The position numbers were made by a program, and so were the translations under genes. Below, in pieces: positions 24,847-37,755 of a DNA stretch of 64,000 nt. Every line of letters begins with the position of its first letter. Within the stretch, counting starts at the first letter, position 1. The notes beneath the pieces were generated by a model. It searched no databases, was not told the DNA's origin, and was given only the letters and a program-made list of their open reading frames with translations. The stretch is from Trichodelitschia bisporula (Eukaryota), in contig ML996703.1 of NCBI GenBank assembly GCA_010356995.1, forward strand, positions 620,001 to 684,000, written 5' to 3'.

Positions 24847-27328
24847 TCACTCCGTGCGCAGCACCCTGGGCCCTCTGCGCTTGGCCGATCGCTTCTTCTT
24901 GTGTCCCTTGTCGAACGCCACAGCCGAGGCATGATCGCGACCGAAGTTATCCAGATCCTTGACTTTGTAGATACGAATGATCCAGTTCTCGCTCGTGAAC
25001 GCTTCCTCAATTGTGCTCAGCTGTGGGCCCTCTGCCGGCAGCCTCACGCCGCGAACACGATCTTGCGCTTGCCCGGCCGGGAAGAGCGAGTTATAGTTGT
25101 AGTAAGACATCTTGTACCTGAATGCATATGTTAGCCATTGTTACCCTGCGGAAAACCGTGCAAACTTACATCAAGCTGTTCTTCATGGCCGGCGTGGCCT
25201 CGTCGTCAACGCGGTACTCGCCCCTCGCGGTGAAAAAGTCGCGCTCCCGGACCTCGTCAGGCCAGATGCCCTCGGCAATGCGCACCATCCAGAGGAATTT
25301 GTTGATATCATCGCCGGAGTACCCCAGCAGCCCGCCAAAGACGACTAGAACGTAATCAACCTCGTGCTGTCGCATGATGGGATAGCTGACTTCCTCTCTG
25401 GAGCTCATCGCCTTGCCGACAGTGGCGATATGGGTGTTGTTCCACGTGTTGTTGTCGACGAGGGTGGGACGATCTGCCATGCCTCCGATCTGGTAGCCGT
25501 AGTCCCACCAGGACATGATTTTGGCATTGTCAGGTGTGTTCTGGCGGAGCCAGTAGTAGGCCTCCCGGTAATCATCGATGATGTGCTGGCTTCCATCAGG
25601 CAACCGGCTGGCAAGTACCACGGAAGGTGACGAGTAGGCGTTGGAGGTGACCCAGGTACAGTGGGCAACGAATATCAAGAGATATACGATGATGGACCCA
25701 GTGATGGAGAACTTGGAGGCGAATGAGTAGATCCCAACGAACTGCCTGCGCGTTGACCGTAGCTGTTCGGGCAGGAAAGCCGTTGCCTTTGAAGACTCGG
25801 TGCTTTCCTTAGGGACCTCGGCTTGCGTGGGCTTGTCCGCTACAAGATAGATGTCCAGGATCTGCGAAATTGCCATTGCAGCCGCTACGCAAACGATAGG
25901 TGTAAGCGTAAGCATCAAGCGAACCATGACGCCAGCGAAGTAGCTCGCCAGAACCGCGTAGATCACAATAAAGACATGCTCATCTCGCAGGGTCTGAAAG
26001 CACAGGTAAATCCCAGCAGGGAAAAGCCAGATGAGGAGATTCAGGTCGAAGAAGAAAGCGGGCCAGGCCGTAGGTTGATGTTCCGACACCGAGGCGATGA
26101 TGGGAATGTGGATCTTGGCGTAGCCGGTATCCCAAAGTGAATAGAAGCGGCCAGTCCACGGAGCAATCACGCCAGAGAGCGTCAACATGACCAGGCCTGC
26201 GAGGGAGACGAGGAATATCAGGAGGACGAGGCTGCGAAGAAGGGTCTGGAACTGCTTGCTGGGAAGCTCCTGCCGAATGAACTCGACAAAGGCAACGATT
26301 TGCAAGAGACCGAAGACACCTGCAGCGGTTAGCCGACAGTTAAGAGGCGTGAGCAGATATAACGTACCTAATGCAGCCATGTGTTCACTACTCCGAACCG
26401 GAAGGAAACCGACGAACGGAATCTGCATGCTCGCCAGAGTGCCCAATGCATACCAGGTAGTGTAGCTGACATATAGGCGCGGACTGAAGCGGCCCATGCA
26501 TATGAGGACAAAGGCATGAAGGGGCAGGAGATTCGTGATGAAGACATATCCACCCCATGCGGACACCATGTATCCGTAGAAGAGCGCCGTCAGGGCCCCC
26601 CACATAACGGAGCCATCTTTCAATGATTTGATCCAGAGGTAGAATGTGAAGACGAGGAGGAAGATGGCAATGGCCTCGTTGTCGTAGCTTCCCGCGACGG
26701 AACGTGAAATGTAACCAGGGGTGATTCCCATGAATGCCGCCGCCAGAAGGCCCGCAGATGGTGAAGGTGTCATCTCAGCGGTAAAGAGATAGGTCGCGAG
26801 CGCTGTTAGCCCAGAGAATCCCGGTGCGAGTAGAACGCAGATATTGCGGATATCGACCGGGAAGGTAAGGAACCGGAGGAGATGGTAGATGATGCCGCTG
26901 GTGACCATCAGACCGGGGTAGAGGGTGCCGCCCGTTACACGCCCAAGTGGATGCCATGTCCCTATTTGCATCATGTATCAGTATATGAGTCGGGTACAGT
27001 GCGAGCATCATAAGAGTACTGACTGTCGTCGAACCAGTCCCAGAAGCTATAGAAGCCGTTCTGAACGAGGTATTTAGTCGCGCGAAAGTTGAACCACGGA
27101 TCGACTGGAAGAGGTGTTAGCGAGTTCATCCGCACCTATAGTTAGAGGCGAGGCGCTCGTACATTCGTGAATTATGCTCTCAAATCGGATCACGGAGAAG
27201 AGACGACTGGACACGGCAGCCGCAGCAATGGTAAGGAGGATGATGACGCGCAAGACGGTACGCGCATTGCGGGTTTTTTCGCCGTCGAAGATAGGCTCCA
27301 AGAGGCCATGCGCCATAGGGGCAGCCAT
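24847..27328 (-). CDS. STT3: oligosaccharyltransferase catalytic subunit STT3, 5 exons
   Basis: Motifs [67 protein letters not shown] and [14 protein letters not shown]. Canonical introns include one in-frame 48-nt intron at 26320-26367. Confidence 0.98.
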
Positions 27329-27460
27329 TGCTGCCCTCAAGTCGAAAGAAAGAGGAAATAGTGGGTGGGTTAAACGTAGTCCAACCTCTCAGCCGTGTGC
27401 TTCACGAAGCTCGATGAGGCCAGCTACCACTTTCCTCCAGAGCGACCGTGCAACGGCGAC

Positions 27461-27500
27461 GTCACGTGCAACAGAGACCCCCTTGCATTAGTCACGTGAC
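27461..27500. promoter_or_regulatory. tandem E-box/Cbf1-type sites (GTCACGTG, GTCACGTGAC) in the STT3 promoter
   Basis: GTCACGTG at 27461-27468 and the perfect palindrome GTCACGTGAC at 27491-27500 lie 130-170 bp upstream of the STT3 ATG. Confidence 0.55.
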
Positions 27501-27611
27501 GCATATGTCAAGACGTCTCAGATGGGATAGTTCTAATCTTGCAGCTGGCATTGAATATCTTACACTTCTATGTAAAGACGCTGAAGTAGCAACTAATAAT
27601 ATCGCGTCGGA

Positions 27612-28871
27612 TCATTTCCCGCGAATACCATTATTCACCAGAATTCTCGGATCGCCGGGCAGTGTCGGGCCAGTGATGACATCTCTCAGGCCAGTGTCCT
27701 TCAAGAATGCCTTCATCGCCGGTGGATCTTGAGCAAGCGACTGGTTCGCCGTCATCAAATACGCAACAATGCCCGCGACATGCGGCGCGGCCATACTCGT
27801 CCCAGTCAACGGCCGAATAACATTATCTCCTCCAATATAAGCCGACACGATGTTCGATCCAGGGGCGTACACATCGACACAGGAGCCCGTGTCACTAAAT
27901 TTCGAGATGGCGTTAGAGATGTCAATGCTGCCCACCGTTATTCCGTTTCCGCCCGTGCCACCACTTGAGGCCGGGGACCCCGTACATGCGTCTTCAGCAT
28001 CATTTCCGGCGGCGGCAATAGTGTGCACGCCCGCATCGTTAGCAGCCTTGATTGCCATGTTCATAGCGTTAATCTTGGGAACGCGCCAGGACATGTTCAT
28101 GACACTCCCGACAAATCCAGTTTGGTTGCGGCGGGCCATATGCGAGTCGATAGCGTACCCCACCGCTTTGAGTGCAACATCACTCGAGCCCGTGCCATTG
28201 TCCTCGAACATTTTGATTCCGAGGATGTTGGCTCTAGACGCAACCCCAACAAGCATACCCGCTGCGATGCCGGAGACATGAGTGCCGTGGCCGGTCCCGT
28301 CCTCAACTGACCCCACGAGAACCTTAACCTGGGCTCGATCTTGAAATGCGACATGCTGGGTATTGATGCCACTATCCAAAATGTAGATGTCCGCACCAGC
28401 TCCAAGCCCGCTGCCAGTATCAAAAGAATATGTGAAGTTCAGCGTGCCGGGATTTCCACTGATGGTGCCTGCACTCGAGATGCGCTCCAATCCCCAAGGC
28501 GCGGTAGAGCGCGTTTCGACCATGGATACGTTGGCAACTTCTTCGACAATGGCGACATCGGACATTTCGGCAAGTGCGTCGAGGCAATGCGCGTCCATGT
28601 TGGCGCTAAATCCTCGAAAGCCCGATCCATTGAAGTGGTTCACGACGTCCTCGTGCTCAGGGTAAAGTCCAAGGCGCGATAAAACATCGTCGATAGATGG
28701 CTGATTTGGTAGGGTCGAGTCGAAAAGAACGATGTGATGCTTTCCACCGGACTGATGGACGGAATTAGAGGGTAGGTCGGTGGATGTATCGATGCGGGGG
28801 GTGGGATGGGCGATGATGGTAGCGGCCACGCCCAAGGCCAGAAGGATGTAGTGCAGCAATCCTGGAGTCAT
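27612..28871 (-). CDS. secreted subtilisin-like serine protease (S8A, proteinase K-like) with I9 prodomain, intronless
   Basis: Signal-peptide-like N-terminus (MTPGLLHYILLALGVAATIIA), propeptide with FRGFSA, mature start APWGLERISS. Catalytic triad motifs YILDSGI, GHGTHVSG and GTSMAAPHVAG, oxyanion motif AAAGND. Confidence 0.96.
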   Translation of the reverse strand: MTPGLLHYILLALGVAATIIAHPTPRIDTSTDLPSNSVHQSGGKHHIVLFDSTLPNQPSIDDVLSRLGLYPEHEDVVNHFNGSGFRGFSANMDAHCLDALAEMSDVAIVEEVANVSMVETRSTAPWGLERISSAGTISGNPGTLNFTYSFDTGSGLGAGADIYILDSGINTQHVAFQDRAQVKVLVGSVEDGTGHGTHVSGIAAGMLVGVASRANILGIKMFEDNGTGSSDVALKAVGYAIDSHMARRNQTGFVGSVMNMSWRVPKINAMNMAIKAANDAGVHTIAAAGNDAEDACTGSPASSGGTGGNGITVGSIDISNAISKFSDTGSCVDVYAPGSNIVSAYIGGDNVIRPLTGTSMAAPHVAGIVAYLMTANQSLAQDPPAMKAFLKDTGLRDVITGPTLPGDPRILVNNGIRGK

Positions 28872-29963
28872 GATTGATATCGGGTGTCGTAGTGAGGAAA
28901 GCCTGGCTAGTGAGGGCTTCGAATGAGGCTTTTAAGGTAGGGTGCCGAAGTGAAGGAGATGATGTGAATATGACCTTTGAATGTGCAGTTAGTGAACTGA
29001 AATGGTGGGCTATTGGGAGAGGGGTTTCAATAGCATATCACACTCTACACTTACAATGCGTCTGCCGGCACAGTATGAATGAGTGAAGTAGGTTCTCCAG
29101 GAATCCCGAATAGGATGAGGACTGCGTAGGCTATGGTACCATTATACCGACAAACCTATGCGCTGTTATTTCGTTTCTCAAAACCGAGGTTCCGGAGAAG
29201 CCACGATAGAATTCCCCATTACTACAGAAGTAGTCGGAACACTGGCACTAAATAGTGCGTGAGACAAGCGGAGGTGTACGTTCCCTCCAGCGACACGCCA
29301 GAGAGCCGCCCTTGTCATTCTACGTGATGTTTTGGCCAAGGGAGAAGGCATGAGGCCTGTGTTGCCAGCCTCAACTTTGACTAACCCATTGGTGTAGGGG
29401 AATGCTCCGGCGTGAACAGCCGTAAGAGGTGTGACCAGGGCGTTTCAAAGCCGTTGAGCAGAGTCCGAGTAACGGGAAGGTCATGGCTGCCCAGATCGCG
29501 TGTCGCCAAATGGAACCGCGCGTGGCATCCGAGAACGGAACGAGACGTGCACGGACCTTCCCTGTTTGACGCTTTACCCGAAGACAAACGAACCAAGAAC
29601 AACGCGGCAAGATCGCACAACGGTTGGCATCTGTCACTCCAGCAGTATTCGGGGCATTTCACAGGACAATATTTTCAGGTTGACATATCCTAAGATATTT
29701 TTGCTTCTTGACTTCCTTTAAGCTCGCTCCGCTCGCCGCCAGTTTCCCCTAGCCTCCCCCAGCTCAAGACGCTCATTGAATAGTTGAAAGCTTAAGGTAC
29801 ATTGCAAGCCTCACTGGGTGGCATACAGAGTACAAGAGCACGGCTTTAGAGCTGAGCTTCCACGGCCACATATCGACCCGTTTGACCCATATGACACGAG
29901 AGATAGAATCGTTCAACAGCTACAGATGAGCAGGCACTGCAATGCAGAAATTATCCTGGTCCC

Positions 29964-30851
29964 TCATGATTGCTGAGCCGCTGAGATCTTATGCACGGAG
30001 TACTCGGAGAGGAAGTCAGGGTTATTTTGGAACTCTTCCTGAACCTATGGGAAAGTGAGTAACGCGATATCGACACACGGGGTGATGCTTACGATATCGA
30101 TGCCCCCAACGAGTTCACCATCGACCCAGAGTTGCGGGTATGTTGGCCAGTCAGCGTACTCTTTCAGGCCCTGCCGCACATCGTCATCTGCTAGTATGTT
30201 GAAGAAGCCGTAGCGAATGCTCCGTTCCCTCAACAGCGCCACAGTCCGCCGGCTGAATCCACACTGTGGAGCGCTCGGTGAGCCCTTCATGAACAGCATA
30301 ACAGGGGCCGCCTTCACAAGCCCCTCCAGCCGCTTGAAGAGCTCTTCCTTGCTAGGCTCACCGGAGGGCTGCTCCGTATTTGACGCTTCCTTTGCTTCGA
30401 TGGTTCCGTTCTCAGTAACAGTAGGCTCCTGAGCCGGCTTCGTGACAGCCTGTGCTGGAGGAAGGTCGAACTTCCCAGTCTCCGAGCCCTTGCCTGCATA
30501 CTTCTCCACAGCCGCCCGTACCTTCTCCGCGTTGCTCCCCGATATTTTTTCGAGGACTTTTCCATCCTTCTGCAGGACAATGTAGGGTACGGCTGTTACG
30601 TCGTACTTCTCAGAGGTATCTGGCAGTTCCTCCGCATCGATAGAGAGAAAGGCGATGTTAGGAGGAGACTGGCTTGTGTAGGTGCTGGCAAGCGCCTCCA
30701 AGACTGCTGACATCTGCTTGCACGGCGCTGCCCATGGCGCATGGAAGTAGATGACCAGGAGAGCAGAGGGAGGATAGGCGGCAACTGCATTCGAGAACGC
30801 TTCTTCGGTGGTGATTTGGGTAACTGCGACGGAGCTTGGTGATCCACTCAT
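29964..30851 (-). CDS. GRX4: monothiol glutaredoxin Grx3/Grx4 (thioredoxin-like + CGFS Grx domains), 2 exons
   Basis: N-terminal Trx-like domain with WAAPC. C-terminal VMLFMKGSPSAPQCGFS...WPTYPQLWVDGELVGGIDI. An intron (GTAAGC...TAG ending 30045) adds VQEEFQNNPDFLSEY...*. Confidence 0.95.
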
Positions 30852-31288
30852 CGTGAACAAGACGGGTTGAAGTTGAGGTTTAGGTTGAGGTCGAGTATGA
30901 AGTGGTTGCCCGGAGAGGATTTTTTGGAGGCAAGGCGATCACAGCCACAGGGAGGGATGACGCAAAAATGGCGCAATTATCGACAAGTGTGGCCTCCAGA
31001 CCAGGAAGCAGATTGCAGAGGAGTAGTAATCAGTGGTCTCGGTTTTCGAGTTGGTGGTAGAGATGGCTATTTGGTATTAAGGTGTGCTGTGATTATGCTC
31101 CGATGCTGCGGGGGTCAATTGGACTTCTACGGAGTACTCCTTCTTGCCCCTCAACCCCATTTTGCCCCTCTCCGATTTGCGGTCCGTGGCGCCAAGCCTG
31201 ACGTTTTTAAGGCTGTCACATAGCCTCCCCCTCCCCTTCCCCTGCTAGCGCCATCTGATAACGCAACCTTAATTTTCGGGCGCAACTG

Positions 31289-31298
31289 TGAAAAAGTT
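31289..31298 (+). promoter_or_regulatory. RRPE-like element (TGAAAAAGTT) upstream of RPF2
   Basis: Near match to the ribosome-biogenesis RRPE consensus TGAAAAWTTT, ~70 bp before the ATG of a ribosome-biogenesis gene. Confidence 0.45.
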
Positions 31299-31365
31299 CC
31301 GCACTCGAGTTTAAGGACAAGGCGCACTTCTGTCGGTCTCCCCTTACCACATTCACATTCTCACC

Positions 31366-32364
31366 ATGCTGCGCCAAATGTAAGTTGCTCTGTTCCAGCT
31401 ACCGGACGAGTCTCACTCGACATACAGAAAACCCAAAAATGCGCGCTCGAAGCGCGCGCTCGAGAAGAAGGAGCCGCAGCTCGTCGAGAACCCGAAGATG
31501 ACCCTAATTCTTCGCGGAGAGAAGTGCAGCAACATCGTCCAGCTAGCTCTAGCAGACATAAACTCCCTAAAGCGCCCATATACCACCAAATTTACCAAGA
31601 AAAACGCCATCCACCCGTTCGAAGACGCAGCTTCCCTCGAATTCTTTTCTGAAAAGAATGATGCCTCGCTCCTCATCTTCGGCTATCACATCAAGAAAAG
31701 GCCACACTGCTTGACCTGGGTCCGGTGCTTTGAGCACAAGGTTCTTGATATGCTTGAGCTTTACCTGGATCCGGAGAGCTTTCGGACGCTGGATCAGTTC
31801 AAGAACGCGAAATGTGCTGTCGGCCTTAAGCCCATGATGTCCTTCACCGGAACGCTGTTCGAGAGCCCTACCCCCAACGCCTACACGTTAGCTAAGAACA
31901 TGTTTCTGGATTTCTTCCGGGGGCATGATGCCGCCAGCGTCGACGTCGAGGGTCTACAATTCATGATCCACATTTCTGCGGAAGAAGAGGTTGAAGGCCA
32001 ATCGAGCCCGATGATCAAGCTGCGAGTGTACCGAATCATTACAAAGAAAAGTGGACAGAAGCTCCCCCGGGTCGAAATTGAGGAGATGGGGCCAAGAATG
32101 GACTTCAGAGTTGGTAGGGTCAAGGAGGCGGATGAGGCCATGTGGAAGGAGGCTCTGAAGCGGCCGAAGCAGCTGGAGCCGAAGACGAAGAAGAATATCG
32201 ACATGGACTCGATGGGCGACAAGATTGGCAAGATCCACGTTGGCAAGCAGGACCTGTCCACGCTACAGACCCGCAAGATGAAGGGCTTGAAGCGTGGACG
32301 GAATGAGATGGACATCGATGGAGAAACGCTTGTGGGAGAGGAAGCGGCGAAGAGGGCAAAATAA
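31366..32364 (+). CDS. RPF2: ribosome biogenesis Brix-domain protein Rpf2, 2 exons (31366-31379, 31428-32364)
   Basis: Splicing GTAAGT(31380)...CAG(31427) gives MLRQIKPKNARSKRALEKKEPQLVENPK. Later motifs are KKNAIHPFEDAASLEFFSEKNDASL, PRVEIEEMGPRMDF and LQTRKMKGLKR. Confidence 0.96.
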
Positions 32365-32523
32365 TTTATATTGGCTTCTACGCGGAATGTTCAGGAATTG
32401 GAGATGGAGTTCCGGCGCCCTATCGGTCACTCCGGCGTTGTCAGACTAGTATACCAGCCTGTTTCAGCCGGAGTTCAAGGTCTAAAAGCAATTCAACCTT
32501 GTAGCTGTATAAATTACACGAAG

Positions 32524-33639
32524 CTACTTGACTATTTGCTGCGGGGTATCAAGTTTGTTGTTGAGCAGCCTCTGTAGGTTCATCAGCAACTCGAATCACA
32601 TGCGGCAGACAGTCACGTACCAGCAAGTTCCGCAAAAGGACCACAATTGTGACCTTTCCAATCGCTGGCACATATATGGCTGCCTTCTGCTTTACTTCAG
32701 GGGCGAAGTTCTATCCTCACTGTCAGCAATTCGACCGCGCGTGGAGATGAGACTGACCTTTTCGCTCGAAAAATTGATACAGACCGCGCCGTTCCTGAGA
32801 AGATCGAGTGGCACTTTGTATTTGTCTCCCGGAACTCCACTGATGACTACATCACTCAGCGGTAGAGCATCTTTCAGCGTCCATCCTTTTTTCTCCTCCA
32901 CTTCATGCCGCCTCTTTCTCAGGCCCTCGCCTCGATGGAACTGGTGAATTCCATTTTCATCAACAGAGTAAACATGAGCTCCATCATTGGCGAGAAGTGC
33001 CGCCAGGGGTCGACCGACAACTTCAGATCGGTTGATAACTGTGATGGTATGACCGTGCAGTCGGTTGCCATAGGGCAGGATGGGGTTGTAAATGTGCAAC
33101 GCCTCGAGAATCTTTATAATGGCAAGCGGTGTGCAGGGAAGGATGCTCTTCTTCGTCTTTGCTTCATCCAAAAACCGGATATTCTGGTACATGTTGAAAA
33201 TGTACCGATGGCCGAGGCCCTCGACATCCTTGTTCGGGTCCACGATTTGCTGCAGGTATTGGTCCTGGCGGTCACCGAATATGGGGTAGTAGACAATGAT
33301 GCCGTCGACCTTGTCATCCCCATTGGCAGTGATGATTGCATCTTCCAGCTCCTCACGATCCACTTCTCGAAGTTCAAACTCAAATCCACTGCAGTTCCAT
33401 CGTATTAGAATCACGTTGACTAGTGGATTGGGGGTGGCTTACTTTTCCCGACAAGTCTTCTGAGTGAACTCGGCATAAACACGGGCTGCCGGATCGGAGC
33501 AGGAGAGAAAGCCAACGAGTAAGGGAGATCTCTGCAGCTGCTCCCGATCGGCCTTTACTTCGGCAAGCAAGCCTTTCGCGAGCGTGCCAGCAAGAAGAAC
33601 CTTGCAGTTGGAAGCCGATTGTTCCGTATTCGAAGCCAT
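32524..33639 (-). CDS. MTD1: NAD-dependent methylenetetrahydrofolate dehydrogenase, 4 exons
   Basis: Motifs VDGIIVYYPIFGDRQDQYLQQ, KDVEGL, KSILPCTPLA, INRSEVVGRPLAALLANDGA and CINFSSEKNF...YVPAIGKVTIVVLLRNLLRL after manual splicing. Stop TAG at 32526-32524. Confidence 0.95.
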
Positions 33640-34175
33640 TGAAATGTAGGAGGTTGAGGAACTTAGAGACAAAGAGAGGATTATCTACAAGATCTCGTAG
33701 ATAATGCGTACTTAACAGATCATGCAGAAACAGACTCAGGCCTAACTTTCAAAATTTGGATGATAAAAGCCCTGATGGGGGTCGTCGGGGCACGTGTCGT
33801 GGTTCAATTGTCGGAGAGGAGACGTGAAGACGGATTGCTGGAAGACTTAATACAGGACGAGGAATGGCACGAATTCCGCAACGACAGGTGAGTCTGAAGT
33901 GGCACAGGAATCACAATCCTAGTTCTAGCATTTATGTCCATTTTCTCCCGTCCTTTACGACATCGATCCGAGAATTTTTGTGGTCATGGCCAACCAGGCT
34001 CCGAAGGAGGACGCTAAGCCTAAAGTAGGCAGACATGGGGTGACGAAATCGGCATGGATTTCATCACTGCTCGCCATCCAAATGCATTGCCGTGATTGTT
34101 AAACTCTCTGGAAAAACCAACGTCTACCTTATCTCCCACATACAAGACAGTCTGTCCGCCGGGCAAGTAGGCATC

Positions 34176-37100
34176 ATGTCTGACGTGCAGCTCTATCTCT
34201 TCGAGTTTGATCGAAATCCAAAGGAAGCTGCTCAGATTGCGGGGCAAGCGGCAAAACGTCAGATAACCTCTGTTGCATGAAGAGGTTCCTCGTGCTCACA
34301 GAATATATAGGCCTGGAAACCAAAGAGCTCAAATTGATAGCCTTGATAGAGTCGCTGGGAGAATACCTCAACAGTGATGACACTGGAATAAGATCAAAGA
34401 GTGCCCTTACCACTTCCAACCGTCTAGTCGAAGGCTGATATTCCTAGCAATGGCCTTTGTGGCCGACGTCCTAAGCTTGACACCGCCCCGGGTACTCTCA
34501 ATACAACAAAGTACGACATCCAAATGTTAAGCCCCATTATAACATTGTGCTCAGTTGAATTTCTTAGGAAATCTATTGTGCGACTTCATACTCTCCCGCA
34601 TCTCCGATGACAACGCGGGTATCGGCTCCGCTACCAAAGCTCTTCATGGACTTGAAGATAAAGGGCAATGGGACCAAATCCGAGCTTCGACGATTATGCA
34701 AGTGTACGTTTCTCCGCACATATTGTACGATGGAAGCTCAGCCTTGTAGGATTTTAGATCACACTTCTCCGCTTTCCCAGTACAGACAACAGAGCGACAG
34801 ATATCAAGTGCTGCTCTTAATCGACCTGCTGATGGCAGAGTACAGGGATGGTGAGTTGAACTGACCATCAGCGGACTGCAGCTTATCTTCTCTAAGCGGT
34901 GCATGATCTCCACACCAGCTCTTCCGACTTCCTGCCAAAGTTCGTAGCATACTTCGACGGCGAGAAAGATCCACGCAACCTGATGGTTGTCTTCTCAATC
35001 TTGAAAGTAGTTATGACCGAGTGGGACATTTCGGCGAACGCCCAGGTGAATTATACAAAAATCAACCTGACTGCTCGGCGCTAACCCGGACTAGGAATTG
35101 TTCGACTCGGCATTCAACTACTTTCCCATCACCTTCCGTCCCCCCCCCGATGATCCTTACGGCATAACGGCACAGGACCTGAAGGATCGCCTCCGAGCAT
35201 GCATTGCTGCCACTGCATCATTCGCCCCATATGCATTTCCAGCCTTGCTTGATAAGCTTGACTCCACATCACTGAATACTAAGGTACGTTTATGAGGTTG
35301 AAGAAGTATTTTGCTAATAAGTTAGCGTGACGTAGTTCATGCCCTTCGCAGCTGCGTAGAGAACTATGGGCCGCGGGCGGTAAACCTGTACTCCGTAACC
35401 CTGTGGGACGCCCTCAAGTTCGAAATCTTGCACGCTCAAGAAGATGATCTTATCGAAGGGACCCTCCAAGTACTTTCAGAGATTTCGCATCAGCTGGCGA
35501 AGTCGACGTCAGATGTACTTATTACGTACCTGAAGCCTATTGCTAAAGAATGCAACGAACACTTGGAAGACACACCTACGAAGCAATCTCAGGCCGCCAC
35601 CCAAATCCTAAAGTCAATCGCATCTTCTTGCCCCGAAGCGTCCAATTTCCTTCTCTCTACCGTTTTGCCGCACATTTTTGTGCTCTATCAGACTTCTGAT
35701 ACAACGGCCAAGCGAAGGGGTCTCGTTGATACGCTGGTACAGCTCTTCCGGGCCAATGTTTCGGTGTTTGGAGAATGGCGGAGCCTCGGTACCTCCGCTC
35801 GCTTGGTGGATGGGGAGATACCGCAACCTTCAGCAGTGAGCAACGGTTTGCTGAAGTATAGCACCCAGACACTAGAAACTCTGACCTCTGGGCTCGCTGC
35901 GATGCCTGTGAAGGAAGTATCCTTCAGATTAACGCTTCTGGATGCTCTACTACAGCTCACAAGAGTGCGAGAGCTGCTCGTTGATGATGAGATCGCAAGA
36001 GTTATCAACCTGTTCAACCAGATTGTCCTCTCTGAGGAGTCTTACGGAAGGGACGAAGTAAAAGCGGCCGCCATCAATGCGCTTCTTGAGATAGCCCACC
36101 AAAAGCCTCAGCTCATCATCGACCATTCGTTTCCAGCATTCTTAGGCAAACTTCCCGATAAAGACTCAGAAGGACCGGAGAAGTATGTTCCAGTTTTGGA
36201 AGCTTTTGCAAAACTTGGCTGCGAGGACAAGGTCTTCCCAACGGTCGTCCTGCGTCTCAAAAACAAACTCAACGCTGCCATCCAACAAAACTCATCTGGC
36301 ACCTACATTTGCGCAATACTGTCTGCCCTCCTCTTCACATTCTCCCGAGATTCTTTGAAGCTGGACGGCCATCCCAAGTACTGCCCGTATCTTGAAGATC
36401 TTCTCATTCCGCTCACAAAACGCATATGTACGGATTTCCAGTCAGATAATCAAGTGGACACCGTATTCTACCTCCTTGGGAGGTTGCACAACGTTATCCT
36501 GCGTCAACAGAGCTCGGAATTACAGAAGACTCTCTCAGCCGAAACATATCGCCTCTTTCTCGGCGACTCAGTGACAGAAGGGATTCCTCTCCGCACTGAC
36601 AGTGTCGATTCACAAAGCCATAGGCTGATTGTCACGACGTACCTCCTCGCAGCATGGCGCAAGGATGTGCCTCTTCCCCATGATGATTCGGTGGTCCTGC
36701 CCGCCCTGACAAAGCTCAGCTCCAATGAGGAGATATCAGTCGGCACCAAGGTTGCTATCCTCCAGCAGATATCGCTCATTGTGAACAAGTTCGTGCCCAA
36801 GAGCGATCTGAAGCGCATTCTGGACCCCATCCTTTACGAGCCGCTCAACATTGCGTCTGGAAATATCAACGGCAGCACGATACGTATTGCCTTTGCTCTC
36901 TTCAAGGCGCTGGTCCTGCGCAGCGCCAACGAGTTCGAAGCCATATTTACCTCACTGTGTTCAGCGCTCTCCAACCCTGAGCATGGCAGGAGCGTTGGCC
37001 ACGGGTTCTCCACCCTACTACAGCCAGATGAGATCCTTACTAAGGAGAATCACTGCACAATATCGCCGATACACCGCCAACGAATGTTTACTGTTGTCGT

Positions 37101-37596
37101 CCCCGCCTTCAATGAGGGATTCCGGAATGCGGATCCAGCCGCGAAGACGAACTACCTTGTTGCATTGTCGGGTATTTTACGCTGGCTGCCGTACTCTTTC
37201 TGGGAGCAAGACATTCAAGCACTTTCGCCACTGCTGCTCCAGACTCTCGACATCGCAGGTGAGGAGGATGTCAAAGCCGGTACAATTGACACCTTAGCGA
37301 CCATTCTAGCCGAGAATCCGAAGGCTGTCGAGGAGCATGCCGGAAGCCTGATCAGCCGGCTCTTGAACAACTCCTCGTCAAAGTCGAATCCGCCGAAAGT
37401 CCGGGCTAAAGCTCTTCATTGCCTGAGCCTGATCCCAACCCAGGTTCGGCGGGAACTGGTTGTTCCATTCCGAAAACAGGTAGTGAAGCGGCTAACTGAG
37501 GCTTTGGATGATGGGAAGCGAGTGGTCAGGGTTGAGGCGGTCAAGTGTAGGTCAAAATGGACAAACTTGGATGAGGCTGGAGACGAAGATGACTAG
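34176..37596 (+). CDS. MMS19: MMS19/MET18 HEAT-repeat cytosolic Fe-S assembly targeting factor, 8 exons
   Basis: Seven GT-AG introns in the first ~1.15 kb join LIESLGEYLNSDD, FDGEKDPRNL, FNYFPITFRPPPDDPYGITAQDLK and LWDALKFEI to the 722-aa ORF ending LDDGKRVVRVEAVKCRSKW. Confidence 0.93.
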
Positions 37597-37755
37597 GGCA
37601 CCTTTGAGCTTAGGGAGTATGTAGGCCCGTCTCAGATCACGTAATCCAACACCAGTGCATTGTGAAAGTACCAACATTTTCGTATTGTGTAGCCAGCGTC
37701 CCATCCTTTCGACCTGAGCGCTTAACGCATACGAATACGCGGTCGCATAAACCGA

